Notes under the pieces: generated by a model | Database searches by the model: none | Seen by the model: the letters and a program-made list of their open reading frames with translations, nothing else | Told to the model about the DNA's origin: nothing | Made by a program: the position numbers and the translations under genes | Source of the DNA: Nemertoderma westbladi | Taxonomy: Eukaryota > Animalia > Xenacoelomorpha | Direction of reading: 5' to 3' | NCBI GenBank assembly: GCA_032718475.1 | Contig: JAUCBJ010008842.1 | Span: 1 to 36,426, forward strand | DNA length: 36,426 bases | Shown here: positions 35,691-36,426 of the stretch, piece by piece | Layout: each line of letters opens with the position of its first letter | Numbering within the stretch: the first letter of the stretch is position 1

Positions 35691-35924
35691 CTCCCCTAAC
35701 TTCCAAAAAAATCTACTAAGGTTCTAAAACATCCACCATTGCCACAAAAACACTAAAACACACAAAATAATTAATGGTTAAAAAAAATGAGGCAGGGGAT
35801 ATTGACAGGGCGAAGTAGTACAACATGGCCCCCTTGCAGGGCTAAATCGCGATCTCTGGAAAATCACATTCGGATTCAAGGGAACAGATTAAACCACGAC
35901 ACCGAGGAGGTAGTAGCTGCTTAC

Positions 35925-36362
35925 CTATAGGTCGGAGCGTCCACGCACTTTCTATGGTTGTTCTGGAAGCGGTTCTTGTCCTCCCACTCGTTTGTGTCGT
36001 CGACCGGGCATCGCTTCTCTCGGTACCACGTTCTGCACTCTTCCACCCCTGGCGTCCGCAATATGTATTGGAAACATGTCTCATTTAAATTCCCGGCCCT
36101 GTATACTTGCCGCATTAGGTAACATTCCGCGACCTTAAACCGGTAGAGGGTTTCTGTTCGAACGTAGATCGATACTTTTACTTCGTTCTCGGTTGGTTGC
36201 CTAGGATACACGCACTCCGGAGGCGGCGCCAAATCAAATACAGCGCTTGGAACTCTCTTATCGCAAAAATATAATGCCGGTATAGGTTTTTTGTTACTTT
36301 CGAGATTCTGGGAACGGTCACTAGAATGTTTTGGGCAAAACCACACCAAAGTTTTTATACTG
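35925..36362 (-). CDS. Upstream coding exon of the gB-like glycoprotein gene (acceptor position uncertain: 36368, 36362 or 36359)
   Basis: LYFCDKRVPSAVFDLAPPPEC...VSIYVRTETLYRFKV parallels the herpes gB N-terminus (FYVC...VVQFEQPRRC...AVVFKENIAPYKFK). The exon ends TAT AG|gtaagc (phase-2 donor). Confidence 0.8.
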
Positions 36363-36426
36363 CTGTAGCTAGTTTTGGATAGTTATTAATTCGAATTTAG
36401 ATTTCCGTAAAGCACTAAATTTTTAA

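Noticed and set aside
35842-36084. Alternative 80-aa ORF
   Set aside because: Out-of-frame overlap with the glycoprotein exon, running across the splice donor.

Overview
Repeat-rich animal (invertebrate-like) genomic DNA with two apparent host genes and many transposable elements. (1) An intronless SPEF1/CLAMP ciliary gene (5972-6757, -) has RFX X-box motifs upstream inside a non-autonomous repeat. (2) A gene the ORF track only shows in pieces: a spliced, reading-frame-intact class III viral fusion glycoprotein (herpesvirus gB/chuvirus G-like) on the - strand. Its three in-window exons (~36362-35925, 28317-28066, 27084-25542) have canonical phase-2 GT-AG junctions and give about 740 aa; the 5' end lies beyond the window. 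It is a candidate domesticated viral envelope gene. Between the genes is a recent BEL/Pao LTR retrotransposon (11792-23625, -, TSD AAACC) with a damaged gag-pol, a rearranged fold-back 5' end and an intact extra ORF in the env position encoding a DEDDy-type 3'-5' exonuclease plus CCHC zinc knuckles. The rest is LINE fragments, a Penelope-like element split by a LINE, MITE/HINE-like repeats, long hairpins and several minisatellites. All homology calls come from motif recognition by eye; no database searches were run.
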